A DNA stretch of 64,000 bases. Origin: Marsupella aquatica (taxonomy: Eukaryota > Plantae > Marchantiophyta). A program made the translations under genes and the position numbers. The notes beneath the pieces are model-generated. The model was not told where the DNA came from. It did no database searches and worked only from the letters and a program-made list of their open reading frames with translations. The DNA is taken from NCBI GenBank assembly GCA_973895155.1, contig OZ316899.1, positions 8,497,241 to 8,561,240 on the forward strand, read 5' to 3'. This document shows, in pieces, positions 36,238 to 50,370 of the stretch; the stretch's first letter is position 1; each line of letters begins with the position of its first letter.

Positions 36238-39200
36238 TGTTGAGCATAGACGACATTTGTAACGGCAAGTCCATGAACCATCCAACGCACAAGAGTCGAC
36301 ACAAAGAGATATGTGGTTCACCTCCACATGAGGTTACGTCCATGGGAACACACAATAGCTTTACTGCACTCTAAGCCGACCGCCCATACCAAGCATCCAC
36401 AGCACAAGCTCTCCCTATCTCTCAACTAACTCCGTAACAATGAGCCTAAGTTCCACCAGGGTCTAGCATCAGCCCTGGCTATATCCACAACAGCACTACC
36501 GCTAACATTAGCTAACTCCTAACCCGAGTTAGACTAACTATGGTTAGCTCATGAGTCACAAGACTAGAGCAATATCTAACAAACTCCCTCTTGACTCTTG
36601 TCTTGGGGACTAGACTAAATGCTACCATATGGAATCCTCAGCGGGAAGTTCTAGACAATCACCAAACCAGGTATCCCCCTAAAAACCACAAGGGTTAACT
36701 AAGGGTTAACTAGAACTAAGCCATAACCAAACAGGAATGAATAATCCATATACAAATAGTCACACATTGCTAAATAACTCTACTTGCACTACAACTGCAA
36801 AACCTGCAAAGTAGTACGGTGTCTTGAGAAACTCTCCAAAGGAATCACTTTGGTAAAGGCATCAGCAGGATTGAGCTTTCCATCAATCTTGACTAGCTCA
36901 AAAGTTTTATCAGACATTGTTTGCCTGATAAAATGGTACCTGATATCAATGTGCTTCACCCTGCTATCCATTACCTGGTTAGCAGCCAAGTGAAGAGCAC
37001 TCTAACTATCACAGTTTAAAGTCATTTTGTCATGTTCTAAACCCATCTTCGCGATCAACTTGTCCAACCAAATTGCTTCATTTGCTGCTTTTGTTGCTGC
37101 AACATACTCTGCTTTTGTAGTAGACTGAGATATACACTTCTGCAAGGTAGATTTTCAACTGATACATCCTCCTCCAAGAGTAAATACAAACCCAGTTGTA
37201 GACTTCCTTGTATCCAGACAGCCTCCATAGTCAGAATCTACATAGCCAACTAACGTTCTATCTTATCTGTTATCAAATAGTAATCCATAGTCCTGTGTTC
37301 CCTTCAGATACTTGAGAATCCACTTCACAGCTTCCCAATGTACCTTCCCTGGATTTGACATGAATCTGCTAACCTTGCCCATCGCTAGGGCCAAGTCAGG
37401 CCTAGTACAAGTCATCAAATATATCAGACTGTCTACTGCCTTCTCATAAGGAATCTTAGCCATTAGACCTTTCTCCACAGCATCCGTAGGAGAGAAAGCC
37501 GATGATAACTTGAAATGTGAAGCTAAAGGAATACTCACTGGCTTACAATTTTCCATGTTGAATTGTGCAAGTACTTTCCTTGCATACTGGCCTTGACTCA
37601 AACACAACTGTCCAGTATCAGAGTTTCTAAAAATCTCCATCCCTAAGATCCTCTTGGCCTTACCAAGATCCTTCATCTTGAATTTAGCACTCAATTTTGC
37701 CTTGAGACTGTGAACCTCAGATTGATCTTTAGTCACAATCAGCATGTCATCCACATAGATCACCAAAATGATGAAACCAAACACATCATTCTTGACTGAT
37801 TTTGTATACACACAATGATCATATACCATCCTTGTAAAACCTTGAGCAAGCATGAAATCATCAAACCGCTTGTTCCACTGTCTGGGAGACTGCTTCAATC
37901 CATACAAGGACTTGAGCAATCTGCAAACTAAGTTCTCTTGGCCCTTCTTCATAAAGCCTAGTGGCTGTCTCATGAAGATCAACTCTTCCAAGTTGCCATA
38001 GAGAAAAGCACTAACAACATCCATCTGATCCATCACCAGACCAAAAAACACAACAAACTGACACAGGATCCAAATTGTGGAATACTTAGCCACCGATGAA
38101 AAGACCTCATTGTAGTCCACTCCTTTCTCCTGAGTGAACCCCTTGGCAATAAGCCTTGCCTTGTAGATCTTGTCTCCACCCTCTGAAGGACTGTCCTTTA
38201 ACTTGTAAATCCACTTGCTGTCCATCACTTGCTGACCTCTTGGAAGCTCCACCAACTTCCTCTGCATTGCTGCATTCCACTCATGCTTCTGCTATGAAGC
38301 ACAAGCCTCATTGTACAAAGAAGGCTCTCCTTCTTCCAAGATCAAAGCCATATCATCTTCATCAGGTGCAATGTCCATATCATCTAGCTTAGATGAGTCT
38401 GTCCATTGACCATACCTGGTAGGAGCTCTAGTAGAACGACTGAAAGTTCTTCTAGTCGATGATTCAGGTTGATTTGTTGCTGCTGCTGGCTGAATTTGAG
38501 GTACCCCAACAACAATCTGCTCCTCTTGTTCCATCATAGGAACCAGCTCCAAGCTCGGAGCTTCTCCATCTCTCCTGTCATGAACAACATCATGACTAAT
38601 CTCCCCCTCAACCCGGTCCGGGATGAGAGATTTCCCCTTGTCAATATGGGAGTCCTGAGAACTCTCCCCCTCCTTTGATGATCTGGATTCATTAAAGGAC
38701 ACATCTCTACTGACAATTAGTGTACAGGTTACTGGATCTCACAACCTATAATCCTTCACACCTTTCTGATAGCCAAGGAAAATGCACTTCTTCGACTTGG
38801 ACTCTAGCTTGGATTGAAGTTGGGAAGGTGTAAGCACATTAGCATCACATCCAAAAATCCTCAGATGTGAGTAATCTGCTAGACGCCCGTACCTCATTTC
38901 AAATGGCGTCTTGAATCCAATAGAACTGGATGGAGAAAATTTTACCAAATAAGCTGCAGTGTTGACAGCTTCAGCCCAAAACTCATGTGGTAAGCATGAT
39001 TGACTCAACATACTCCTCGAGCGGTCCAATAGTGTTCGGTTGAGTCTCTCAGAAACACCATTCTGCTGAGGAGTATAACTTGTTGTGAGATGGCGGGTAA
39101 TCCCCTACTCCTTACAATATGTTCCAAATTCTCCGGAACTGTATTCACCGCCATTATTCGATCAAAGATATCTCACCTTATTACCAATCTGATTCTTTAC

Positions 39201-42200
39201 TTGGGCTTTCCGCTCCTTAAAAGTGGCAAAAACATCAGACTTATTGTGTAGAAAGTATATCCACACATACCTTGAGTAATCGTCTATGAACGTGACATAG
39301 TATAACCGTCCAAAATGTGAGGGAGTAGGGGCTGGATCCCACACATCACTATGTACATACTCAAGTACCTCCTTGCTGGTGTGAGTTCCAACTCCAAAGG
39401 ATTTTTTGTGCTGCTTCCAAAGCACACAATGCTCACAAAATTCCAACTTACAAGATTGCAAATTAGAAAGTAATCCTTTCTTCTGAAGAATAACCAAACC
39501 TTTTTCACTCATGTGGCCCAAACGGAAGTGCCATAGCCGGGCCTTCTCCTCATGAGATAAGGTTATATTGGCTTCATCACAAACTACACTACCCTCCAAA
39601 ACATATAGATTGTTATGTCTCTTTCGCTTCAATACAACTTTAGTACTAGTTGAAACCGTAAGGACACCATTAGCAGAACTCCACTGATGGCCATTTGCTT
39701 CTAAAACTCCAAGTGAAATGAGATTTTTTATCATGCTGGGAATATGTCTCACATTCCTAACATTCTTATAGCACCATCAAACATCTAAAATCTTACAGAT
39801 CCAAGTCCAACAACTTGACATGGGATTCCATTTCCCATCAACACTGACCCGTTAGAAACCATGTAAGAACTGAAAAAATCTCTCCTAGAACAAATGTGAA
39901 AAGTACATGCACTATCTAGAATCCAGTCATCACTACTTGGATTTGACACTACGTTGAGAGCATAACCTTGGCATCACAATATGTCATCACCATCGAGTAA
40001 ATCTACCTCATGCAAACTCAATGCCGCGTTAGCAGATGCAGTAGGGTTCTTTACTCGACAATCCCTTTTCATGTGGCCAGGCTTGCCACAATTCCAACAT
40101 GCAAGAGACTTCCTCTCTTGTGATTTCCCTCTGGATTTAGATCTCCCCCGTGATGTAGATCTAAACCTGTTCTGCCCATTTGAGCGCTACGCTGCTCTCC
40201 CACGGTTCACGTTTAGGAGAGTGCCAGAAGAAGATGTTGTCTGTGATTGACCCAACTTCTTCTGAGCATCATCAAACAGTAAAGAGCTCACCACCTCATT
40301 ATACGAAATGAACTTCAGATCTCTATACAAGAGCACCTATTTTAAGCCCTGATATGATGGCGGTAAGGAGCTTAGCAGAAGCAAGGCCTTATCCTCATCT
40401 TCAACTCTTTTTCCCAGGTTTGACAGATCCATCGCTAGACTGTCAAACTCATCTAGGTGATCCTGCATCTTGCTCCCTTCCTTGAGCCTGAGGCTTATCA
40501 AGAGAGACTTCTTGTATAGCCGGTCTGACGTATCTTCCCGGTAGTACTTCTCTTGTAGAGTCTTGAACAGTGATGCACAGTTCGCATAATCATCCAGCTT
40601 CTTGATGATGTGCGACTTGAGATAAGGCATCATTGCATTGACAGCAATCACCTGTTCCTCTCTCCACTGCTTCTTTGAGATCTCCTATTCTCCATCATAC
40701 TGCTCTCGTGAAGAGAGCAGATGAGCTAAGCCCATGGCCCAAAGAACACCCTTCACTTGCTTCTCCCATAGCAAGTAATCAATACGACCATCGTACTTCT
40801 CCACCTCAAACTTCACTCCTCCGAATCTAGCCATCTCCCTCTTCTTCCCCACTATCAATAGCTCTAGTAGTAGAACAGCTTCCTCCATTGCACGCTGCAC
40901 CGGTGATCATACCAGTGACACTAGTTCTTCCTCAAACGGTAGCAGCTCCTCCTCAAACTCTCCGTCTAACCTTCGCGATCCTGAAGCTTCACCGACACCA
41001 ATTCTTCCAATATCCTCCAAGTCACTCATATGAAACAATCACAAAAAAACGTCTTTTTTCAAAACTTCTCATAAAACTCATAACTCAACACTGCCGCGTA
41101 GTCCACGAAGCTAGGAGTCCAATATTGAAAGCCAAAATCAAAATCAAAATTTGACGAAAAATTTATTCAAATTTTGGTCGGGGTGGGTAAACCTTGGGAA
41201 ACTCCCCTGTTTTGACCACCTCAGGGAATAACCAAATTACCAAGTACAACCCGTTGTTGGAATCGCGATGTGATTGGTGCGTCGCGTTGCCAACTTCAAT
41301 GGCTACGTGCTCGCCAAAAAAGAACCAAAAACGTTACTGTTTGGCAGACAAAATCTTTGTCGGATGGCCAAAAAACAGCTCTCTATTTTTTGGGAATATT
41401 CCTGCATAGTCCGACAGGTCTCACAGGGGGCCGGTCCCCCTGTCGGGGAGGTTAAAATGGAGGGCGGCAGGTCCCGACACCAAGTTAAACAAGAGGGAGG
41501 AAAAAATTGTTATTAAAAGTGCCCTAAAGGGGGTGCTAAAGCCCCTTAACAAAAATATACACCTTAAAAATGCGCATCCGCGTCGCGCAGACGCGAGGCA
41601 GGCCAGGCAGGGTATAGAAAGGGCATGTGGTTGGGGGCCTACCCGAGTGGCTGCGTATGCAGCCACGTACGTACAGTCGGCGCGAGTGAGGCGGGGCAAT
41701 AACCGGCCGACAGCTTCCGATGGTGGCAGGGCCGCGCACACGCTAGGCTCAGGCGAGGAGCAAGGCCTCAACTTAACGGGGTAAGGAGGCTGGCCGGGCA
41801 AAGGAGGGTGACCTGGGGTTAGGCACGTCTCGGGCGCAAATAGGGACGTGGGGGTGCGGAGGGTAAGTAGTGGGCCGTGGGTGCGGGGCAAACATAAGGG
41901 CAGCTGCCGGGCGACAGATTTTGCGCCGGCCGGCGCTGCGATGTTCCTCAAGAAACGGGGGTGCGGGGGAGGGGGAAAACGAGTACACGGGGCCGGGGGT
42001 CGTGTGTTGGTACACACACAAGGGCCCAAGTTAACCCCCCTTAAAGCCAAAAAGCTCCCCCTAAAAAACTTGAATGGAAAAACTCATCAATTAAAGCCGC
42101 AGTTTGAAACAAAGAAAGTGAACGCCGCCGACGGAAAAAGTTTCCAAATTTCACCGGTACAGTCTGCAACTCCAGCATTGTAAAAGCTTCCACCGCGACA

Positions 42201-43105
42201 CCTTCACTCCGCGTCAAGTGCCAATCCCGGACTCAAAACGACCGTCTCGCCGTGATCAAACCGTTGAGCCGTAGCACTTCACGATTCTTCCACCGAGTTG
42301 GACGTCACGAAGAGTAATCCAGTTCAGGGAAAAACAACACCATAGCTTGTCAAAAAACCAGAACTCAAGTTTCACTCGTCACGATGCACTTGCTAACAAC
42401 TCGGCAGCAACTCAGCTACCAAAACGACCAGCTCGCTTCAACCTTCAACTTAAGCTATAATGTGCGATCCCTCCCGCACCGCATAGCTCACACCGTTGAA
42501 AACCGCAAACACTGGTCACTCCCCCAAAATACCATCGAACACAAATAAACCCTGAATGATGCAAACTTCAATTCCTCCGCACCACGGATACCGATCAGCG
42601 AGTTCTAACCACCGTTAGAAAGCCCTCTCACTAACCTATCTGCATAGCCGCATACATTCAAGTTTCATGCGACAAAACTCCGAATGTACCTCCGACAATG
42701 AACGTTGGAAAAAACCGTCACAAAAAAACCTCATCACCTCCCAGGCATGCTCTGATACCACTTATTGAGCATAGACGACATTCGTAACGGCAAGCCCATG
42801 AACCATCCAATGCACAAGAGTCGACATAGAGAGATACGTGATTCACCTCCACATGAGGCTATGTCCACGGGAACACACAAGAGCTTTACTGCACTCTAGG
42901 CCGACCGGCCATACCAAGGATCCACAGCACAAGCTCTCCCTATCTCTCAACTGCTCCGTAACAATGAGCCTAAGTTCCACCAGGGTCTGGCATCAGCCCT
43001 GGCTATATGCACAACAGCACTACCGCTAACATCAGCTAAGTCCTAACCCAAGTTAGACTAACTATGGTTAGCTCATGAGTCACAAGACTAGAGCAATATC
43101 TAACA
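36238..43105 (-). mobile_element. Full-length Ty1/Copia (Tnt1/Tork-like), decayed
   Basis: LTRs 36238-36581 and 42763-43105; TSD TCTAA (36233-36237, 43106-43110); PBS tRNA-iMet at 42749-42760; PPT next to 36582. Confidence 0.96.
36789..40835 (-). pseudogene. Copia gag-pol polyprotein with stops
   Basis: KFEVEKYDG..YLLW, LLLLSSLP, LWHFRLGHMSE, YVHSDVW, FIDDYSR, FWAEAVNTA, QMDVVSAFLYG, YVDDML, KHIDIRYHFIR, NPADAFTK. Confidence 0.96.
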
Positions 43106-45761
43106 TCTAATTCTTGACGAATAATCTCAATGTCACACATTAGAAAGCTAGAGAGATTGAAAACCTCATGATCTCTTTAGTATCGTGACAAAATCTGACA
43201 TGAAATTTGTCAATGTCGGACTCAATATTGGAAAGCTAAAAGAATTCATGGACTCATGATCAAAATTTCTTATACTCACACTCATTGGAAAGGCAAAGAA
43301 ATTCAAAAACTCATTTGGAACTTGACAAAATTTGTCAATCTGAGGCTCATTTGAAACCCTTTCTCGATTAAGAGATATCACAATCTCATCACTGTCACAA
43401 ACTTAGCCGTTGAAAATTGATTTCTTTGATTATGTTGCCATGCCTTGTCCACAATGCTTGCTTCCCGACTTGAATTGTTTGCATTCCTCTAGTCTTCAAC
43501 TGAAGCTCACTCTGAACATAGGTTGACGCCAAATGTAGCCTCTATGTCAAAGAAACAATTGTTGGTCTCCCCCTCACACCATAGCTTTCTTAAATTAAAA
43601 AACTACAAATCCTTCATGTGAAGCAATGGCTTGCTTGTTTTGTGTGTTCTTCCCACCAAATTGGCAAGCGCTCTTTCGCCATTAGCTAAGTGTTGTCCTC
43701 TAGTCTGTCTTGTGGCGGTAATGCTCAATGTAACTCACAAACGACCAATCAAGAATGATAGAAACACGATTTCTCCAATGTGTAAGCAAAAATCATCACA
43801 AAACTCAATTCCTCCATATTCAACCTTCCGTTGATAAATCTCCTCTATCTTTTGAGCGTTTTCTTTTGTACGAGCACACACCGAGACCATCGGGAGACTC
43901 AAAACCGTCGATTACCACCTTGTTGAAAATTGATTTCACTTCATCAAACACACATTCCTTGGATGAACATAGGGGTCCACGAATTAATTATAATCATTTA
44001 AAAGAAAGGAATGAATAGAAAAACATTTTTAATTATGTAGAAAAAGCAAACATTCATATTCATAATGATCAAAAGTTTATAAAATGAGGAGATAGTATCA
44101 CATTAAAACTATTAGAATAGTAAATAACTAGTACGTAAATTACTATGTTTGAATGAGTGACTATCTTAGTTACATAAAAACTAGTAACTATCTATTTAAT
44201 TATTATAGTTTCTAACAACTAAGTCTACTTGTCCATCCTTTGAAGATAATTTTGTACAGTTTGTAGAACATTTCGAGGGATCTTCAAACCTCTACCCGCC
44301 ATGTTTTCTTCTTTCATTTCAGATTTAAAACCATACATTGCAGAATTTGCATACTGCCAATGTTGAGTATTCTCACCAAACCCTGGATCTCGTTCCCATG
44401 TCTTAGTGGACATGAAACAATTTAGATACCGTGTACTCTCAGTCACATCAACTTTAGAGTGTTTAGGCCTCCACCATTCAATTGGGAACATTGGAGCGTA
44501 TTGCCGAGGCAGAGAAGGGTTTGTTGAAGATGTAGTTGGGACTTCATGCTTTGGGTCCACCAAACCCAAAGCTCTCACCAACCAAAAATGACCTCCGCCA
44601 TTTTTATTCTCCCAGTCATCCTCAGGTCGAAGAAATACAAAGTTTCCTTCACAAATATCCTGTAAGGGAATCCATCGTCCTTGTTCTCTCTTAGCTCGAG
44701 ATCCAACAAATGGTGCTGCTTGATCTTCCATCTCTTCCAAGACCTCATTTTGAAGAGCCGTCATCTCTGCATTCTCCTCATCTTCACTTGGAGGACCACT
44801 TTGTTCCGGTTGATTTACCTTGTAACCAGTGCCGTGGTTAGTCTTAGGCCAAAATCTGTTTTTCAAGGGAAATTGAGTACTTCCCTCCCCTTCTAGTGCG
44901 AGCCCATTTGTCAACAACTCCACAATTCTCTCCCAATATTTCACAAGAGGAAATCTTTCCTTATATGCTATAGATGTCTCATCAGTGCAACTCCTTCTCA
45001 AAAAATCAAGGTACTTGTTAAGAAATGGGATAATCTCTTCAAATTGTGTGTGTATCTCTCCAATGGATTTAGCTAAGGGCTCTCCACTAGGTAAAAGAAG
45101 AGAATTTGTTGTCAGATCTGTTGCCCAAATGCACCTTCCACCAACTGGAGCCCAAGCTTGCTTTACATGGGACTTATACTAAAATATTGGTACATTATCT
45201 CTCATAGAGAAAAGAATTGGTGACCTTGAATATCTTTCACCTTGAAAGTTTGAAGATATTCTTTGTAAGATGCAACTTCTTGTATCAATCTGGGAACTGG
45301 ATGAATGCTCTCGCATACCCATACCTCTGCCATAAGAGCAAGGAGGGTTGCAACTTCTTTGTGCTGAACTTGATATGATACCTTTGAAAAGAGTGCATCA
45401 ACATCTTCGTGCGTATGACCAACCATTAGAAAAGACATTTGAACAGTTTCAAATACTCCTCTACTCACAAGCTTGCTACAAAATGCCATGACAGTCTGGT
45501 TTTTGTTCTCCTTTGCTAAATTATCCATCTGCAATGTTAGGTGCCTTGGCAAGGGCTTGAACAATGGACTGCCTTGCTCTCCATGCATGTCTTCTTCATC
45601 ATCCTCATCTTGCCGGTTTGGGACGGTCTCAGTCCGACTCTCAGCTCCATCTTCGGAACCAATATACCTATTCACCGGTATATTCTTTGGCTCCAAATAA
45701 CCCGTCAAAAATGCTTCAAAGTCAAGTAGGGCTTGAAAGAAAGGTCTGTGAGGTTCCCAAT

Positions 45762-47388
45762 CACTAGTACAGAATTCACCTTTAATCCAATTCTCCTCAA
45801 ATCGGACCCCTTCGGCGGATTGTTGTAGCTTTTACCGATGTTCCGATTGAAGTCGCATCGTATCATCCAATCCCCAAACAATCGGGTTAGCGTTATCGGA
45901 TCGAGATTGGACTTGTCCAATTAAACTAGTATCGGAAAGACGCATTCAATTCAAAAGAAATGGCAAACAATTGTCCAATTATGTGAGAATGGCATGACCA
46001 TTTCCAAGTACTTCGCAATCGGAAACTATTGTGCTATTGTACTACAATGGGACAGGGGTCCCAATTAGAATCAAATCAAAAATTGAAGTGCGATTACCCC
46101 AATTGGCGGCCCTAGCGCTGCCCCGGCCTGATCCTACTCCTCCACGGGTTGCATATCACTAGCTAACTGGTGTATTCTTTTGTGTGAGGCTTCAAGTCTT
46201 AGCAAGACTGTGGGCTACTAGAGATGTGGGCTACTAGAGAAGTCAGGTCACCCATCCCAAACACTATTCCTCTCAATAGGTGCTTAACTTCCTAGTTCTT
46301 AGCTCTTGCGTTGTACATGCAACCTTAGGCACATTTGATGTTTCTTATAGAGTGCCTGGGGTTTTTATACACCTCTGAGTTCATGTAGATCCACAGTTTG
46401 GGCCAATTCTTGATGAATTCTTGCGTATCATGACATTGGGTTGCGTGGTCAATTATGAAAGCTCTATGTTGACCATATGGGAACCAATTTACCTATCAAT
46501 GTTAGATTGCCAAACAAACCAATGTCCTCCTCAAATTGCTACAATTCCTTTTGGGGCGTGGTTAAGTTCATTTAGGGATTCAATATATATAGAATTTTGA
46601 CCTAGATGACAATGAAGACAACTATATTTGTTGACCGCAAGAATTTTTTTCATCGAGTCAAAAGGCTTTGACTTACAATTTAACGAAAACTTTTGGTAAC
46701 CATTATAGGGTAGTGCATTGTAAAGATAGGAATGGCCATTGGCATAAGATTTCTCATCCTAGGAACACAGACTACAAAGGCTATGCTACACATGATCCAG
46801 GACCGGTCAATACTTTCCATGAGCAAATGAGGGATGACCCTGGCCTTGCCAAAGGTTCCAATTCTAAATGAATCGTAGACACACTTCCAATTCCCAAAGA
46901 GTTGGACCACAAAGTCCATTGCACCAACAATTGGACCAAGATCTCATTGTATTTGTATTGCAAATATGAATCCCATTGCCTACCACTTGGAAACAATTGT
47001 CCAATCCTGAAAACCTTGGAATATCCAATTCCATGCGCATCGAAAACTTCCAATTTGTATTGAATGGCAACTTCCAATTCCAATTTGATCGGAAAATGTG
47101 CTTACGTTTTTCTTTGGAAAGGGGTTCCAATTCATCTAGCATTGGAGAAGAATTGGACCAAGCGGTCCAATTGTTTCTGGCTTTGACAAACAATCCAACT
47201 TTTCCTACATCGTAGTGACGGCCCGTTTGTGATTGGGTTGGAATGGTGATAGTCCGATTCTAGTTTAATGGCAAGGTCCGATACGCATTGGCTTGGACGG
47301 TTGGATCGTACATCCAATTAGAATAGAATCGGAAACCTTGGCATCATCGGAAGGTGAGAATCGGACTAGGCCCCAAAATGTACTAGTG
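45762..47388. mobile_element. Non-autonomous CACTA element
   Basis: TIRs CACTAGTACA / TGTACTAGTG; 3-bp TSD AAT (45759-45761, 47389-47391); CCGAT/CCAATT subterminal motifs; interrupts the transposase. Confidence 0.93.
46104..46395 (-). other. 5S-promoter-containing, Cassandra-LTR-like segment
   Basis: Minus strand AGAACT....AGTTAAGC-N24-GGATGGGTGACCT (46299-46245); segment bounded by TG...CA; no TSD found. Confidence 0.6.
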
Positions 47389-49651
47389 AATGAAGGCCAT
47401 CCAACATGTCACTTGTCTTGTCGCCATTGTACTCTTCAAGGTCTCGAAGATACTTAGCCAAGGATGTCACCGTGAAATTGGCATCTCCTAGCCAAAGGCC
47501 AATGACACTAAAGTGTGCATAAACTCTTGGATCCCTCCCGTGGGTCAACATCCCTGTGAGAGCAATAGGTAGCGGCATTCCATGACCCAAAAGAGATTTA
47601 GGAGTACTAACCATTTTTGGAATCCATGTCTTTGCTTGATCCATCTTGTTGTGAATAATGCAAAGATATTCTCTTGGGTGTTGTTTGGCCATCACTCGAT
47701 GAGCGTAGTAAACATATCTACCTGACATTTGCTCACAAAGATGTTGCGCTCATTTTTCTTCAATTTTAGCACGTTCTTTTTTCCTTCTTTCTTGCATCAA
47801 ACTGTCTTTGTATTCACAACAAAGAGTACACTTGGCAAATGCACCATCTTTATGAAAACTGAAGTTTGCAAATGAGTTGTTCCAGATCTTGTAGAGAGTA
47901 TTCTCTGTGACAGGAGGAAGCCCTTCTTCCTTCATCTTTGTTCTCACATCTTCTAGAATCTCTAGCTTCTTGTAACACGCCGAAAGACGGTACTCAATAG
48001 AGTCTGTCCCATATGCCCCTCCATAAGGCATATGAGGCATGGGCTCTGCATTTCAAGTCAAAAAAGCCTCCAATCGTGCATGCAAGGTATTTGCCCTTGT
48101 TTTCATCAAGCCCGTATTGCCATGGAACCCAATTTTGCAACCCTCCACATATCTCCTTTTGTAATCATAATATTTGGTGTGGCTAAAACGGTGGATAATT
48201 GCAAATGCATGTCTGCATACAACCATACCCTTAAGAACATGGTGTCCCTTATCACGAACATCATCCTCTCTATAGTGAAAGACGTTGAAAATGTTTGACA
48301 TTTTTGACTCGCTTGACATCCCATGAAATTCCATCCTAATATCTTCAATGTTTTCCCTTGGCATAATGAGACAACATTTTTGCTTGCAACAATTTTCTCT
48401 TTTCACGTCATCAATTGACGCCTCTGTTGTTTTTGAAATTGCCTTGGTTTCCAACAACCTCCTCTTCTTTTCATTTGGATCTACTTGATTCCTCTTGTTA
48501 AAATTGTAGGGCCTTGAACGCAGTACTCCTCTATCACTTACATCCGCATTGAGTTCATCCCTATCCATTGAGTCCATCCTCTCAGAACCTTCCACCAAAA
48601 CGTCTGACAAAATTTTCCATTTGCAACTAGTTTTGTTGAATCAAACCGCCATCAAATCAAACTCACTACTCCCTTGTGGATGTTGGGAAAGTATTGTGAT
48701 GCCACAACATCTTTCATAGCAATCCCAACATGGTCATCAACAAGAATTTCATCATCAACTACCCCCGTCACTTGAGGGACAATGATCGTTCCAGTGGCAA
48801 CCATTTTGGTTCGATCCAAACCAGTGTAGAGTTCAACCAACTCTGACATCCAGTTTGCCCGATGAAAATATTCACACTTAGTGTCTGTGGTGTTCACCGA
48901 ACAAGACTGTGAAACAAAATCCGCCTTGTCGTTCTGCTTCTTAGAGGAAGATTTGTTGCTCCCATCGATATCAACATTCCATACTTTATTGTGGACGTCA
49001 GCCACATCCCATAGAACCCAGGAGCCCTTTGCCTCTTCAATTGTTGCAGCTCCACCATGTGCGTAAGGTAAAGTCTTACTACCATGAATCACATATGTGA
49101 TTTTTACACTAACCCTAGACTCACCAAGTAATATGTTATGACATCTCTCCATTGGATCAGTCTTGAAAACAACTCCAAAGGCCACACAATGGCCAGAGAT
49201 AAACATTTCAACCTCATCGCCTGGCCTTAGGGTGGTCGAAGCATCCTCCTGTACATTTGCAGAATTATGGATGTTGGTATCTTTTCGAGTCGAACAACTA
49301 CCAATACTGATGCGTTTTTGAGTAATCTTATCCGCAAATTGATATGCACATGACATATCCCAAATGACACATGAGTCAATGACATCATGACGATTTTCCG
49401 CCCTAGGCATTGGAAAAGGGAGCTTCCTGGTCTCACCAAAGGCCTTCTCAATGAGAACCCCAATTCGATTCTCTCCCAACACAATATTTTGAACACTCTC
49501 TCGCGGATCTATCTTTTGAACTGTCCCATTTCCAACGTCATAACCATCCATTGTCAAGGTCACATCATCGCCCCTAGAAAACCTTTGAGACATCCTTTTC
49601 CTACTATCCTGCACACTGAAAAAAATGGATTAAAACCAAAGTCGAGCAAAT

Positions 49652-50370
49652 TTTGATTCGGACTGCAATCCTCCAAGTCTGGATTTGGACTACGATCCTC
49701 CAATTCCAGATTTGGACTAGGACCATCCGAGTCCGGATTTGGACCGAGACCATCCAAGTCCGGATTTGGACTACGATCCTCCGATTCTGGATTTGGACTG
49801 GGGCCATCCGAGTTTGGATTTGGACCGAGAGTATCCAAGTCTGGATTTGGACTGCAATCCTCCAAGTCTGGATTTGGACTACGATCCTCCGATTTTGGAT
49901 TTGGACTAGGACCATCCGAGTCTGGATTTGGACTGCAATCCTTCGAGTCTGGATTTGGACTATGATCCTCCAATTCTGATTTTGAACTGGGACCATTTGA
50001 GTCCGGATTTGGACTGGGACCATCCTAGTCCAAAGTTGGACTAGGACCATCCCAATCCAAACTAGGACTCGGACCATCCCAATCCAAACTAGGACTTGGG
50101 CCAACCCAATCCAAACTAGGACTCAAACCATCCCAATCAAAACTAGGACTTGGACCATCCAAGTCCAAAGTTGGACTCGGACCATCCCAATCCAAAGTTG
50201 GACTCAAATGATCCCAATGCAAAGTTGGACTCGGATGCCCGCTCGGATGATCCCAATGCAAAGTTGGACTTGGATGATCCCAATCCAAACTTGGACTCGG
50301 ATGATGCTAATCCAAACTTGGACTCGGATGATCCTAATCCAAACTTGGACTAGGACCATCCTAGACCAAC
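49652..50370. repeat. 27-bp minisatellite with a palindromic core
   Basis: About 26 units related to TTGGACT(A/G)GGACCATCC(C/T)AGTCCAA. Confidence 0.92.

Larger units (their letters stand above)
35990..43400 (+). repeat. Degenerate tandem array (CTCATGATCTC...TTGACAAAAT...CAATGT...CATTGGAAA) split by the Copia insertion
   Basis: Units at about 35990-36237 continue at 43106-43400. Confidence 0.7.
44225..49614 (-). pseudogene. Sola-like (DUF7869-type) DDE transposase region with N-terminal Tnp1/EnSpm-like repeats
   Basis: CCKQKCC, VCRHAF, FAKCTLC, IIHNKMDQAKT, LTGMLTHG, LTLQMDN..KENKN, SFLMVGHTHEDVDALFS. Broken by stops, frameshifts and a CACTA insert. Confidence 0.8.

Noticed and set aside
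35196-46300. Functional 5S rRNA genes
   Set aside because: Only the internal promoter boxes match; the 5' and 3' parts of 5S are absent.
49652-50370. CRISPR-like array of palindromic repeats, and the repetitive ORFs over it (SPNPD, WIWT, LDWDG)
   Set aside because: Units are head-to-tail with no unique spacers and no cas genes; the ORFs are by-products of a 27-bp period.
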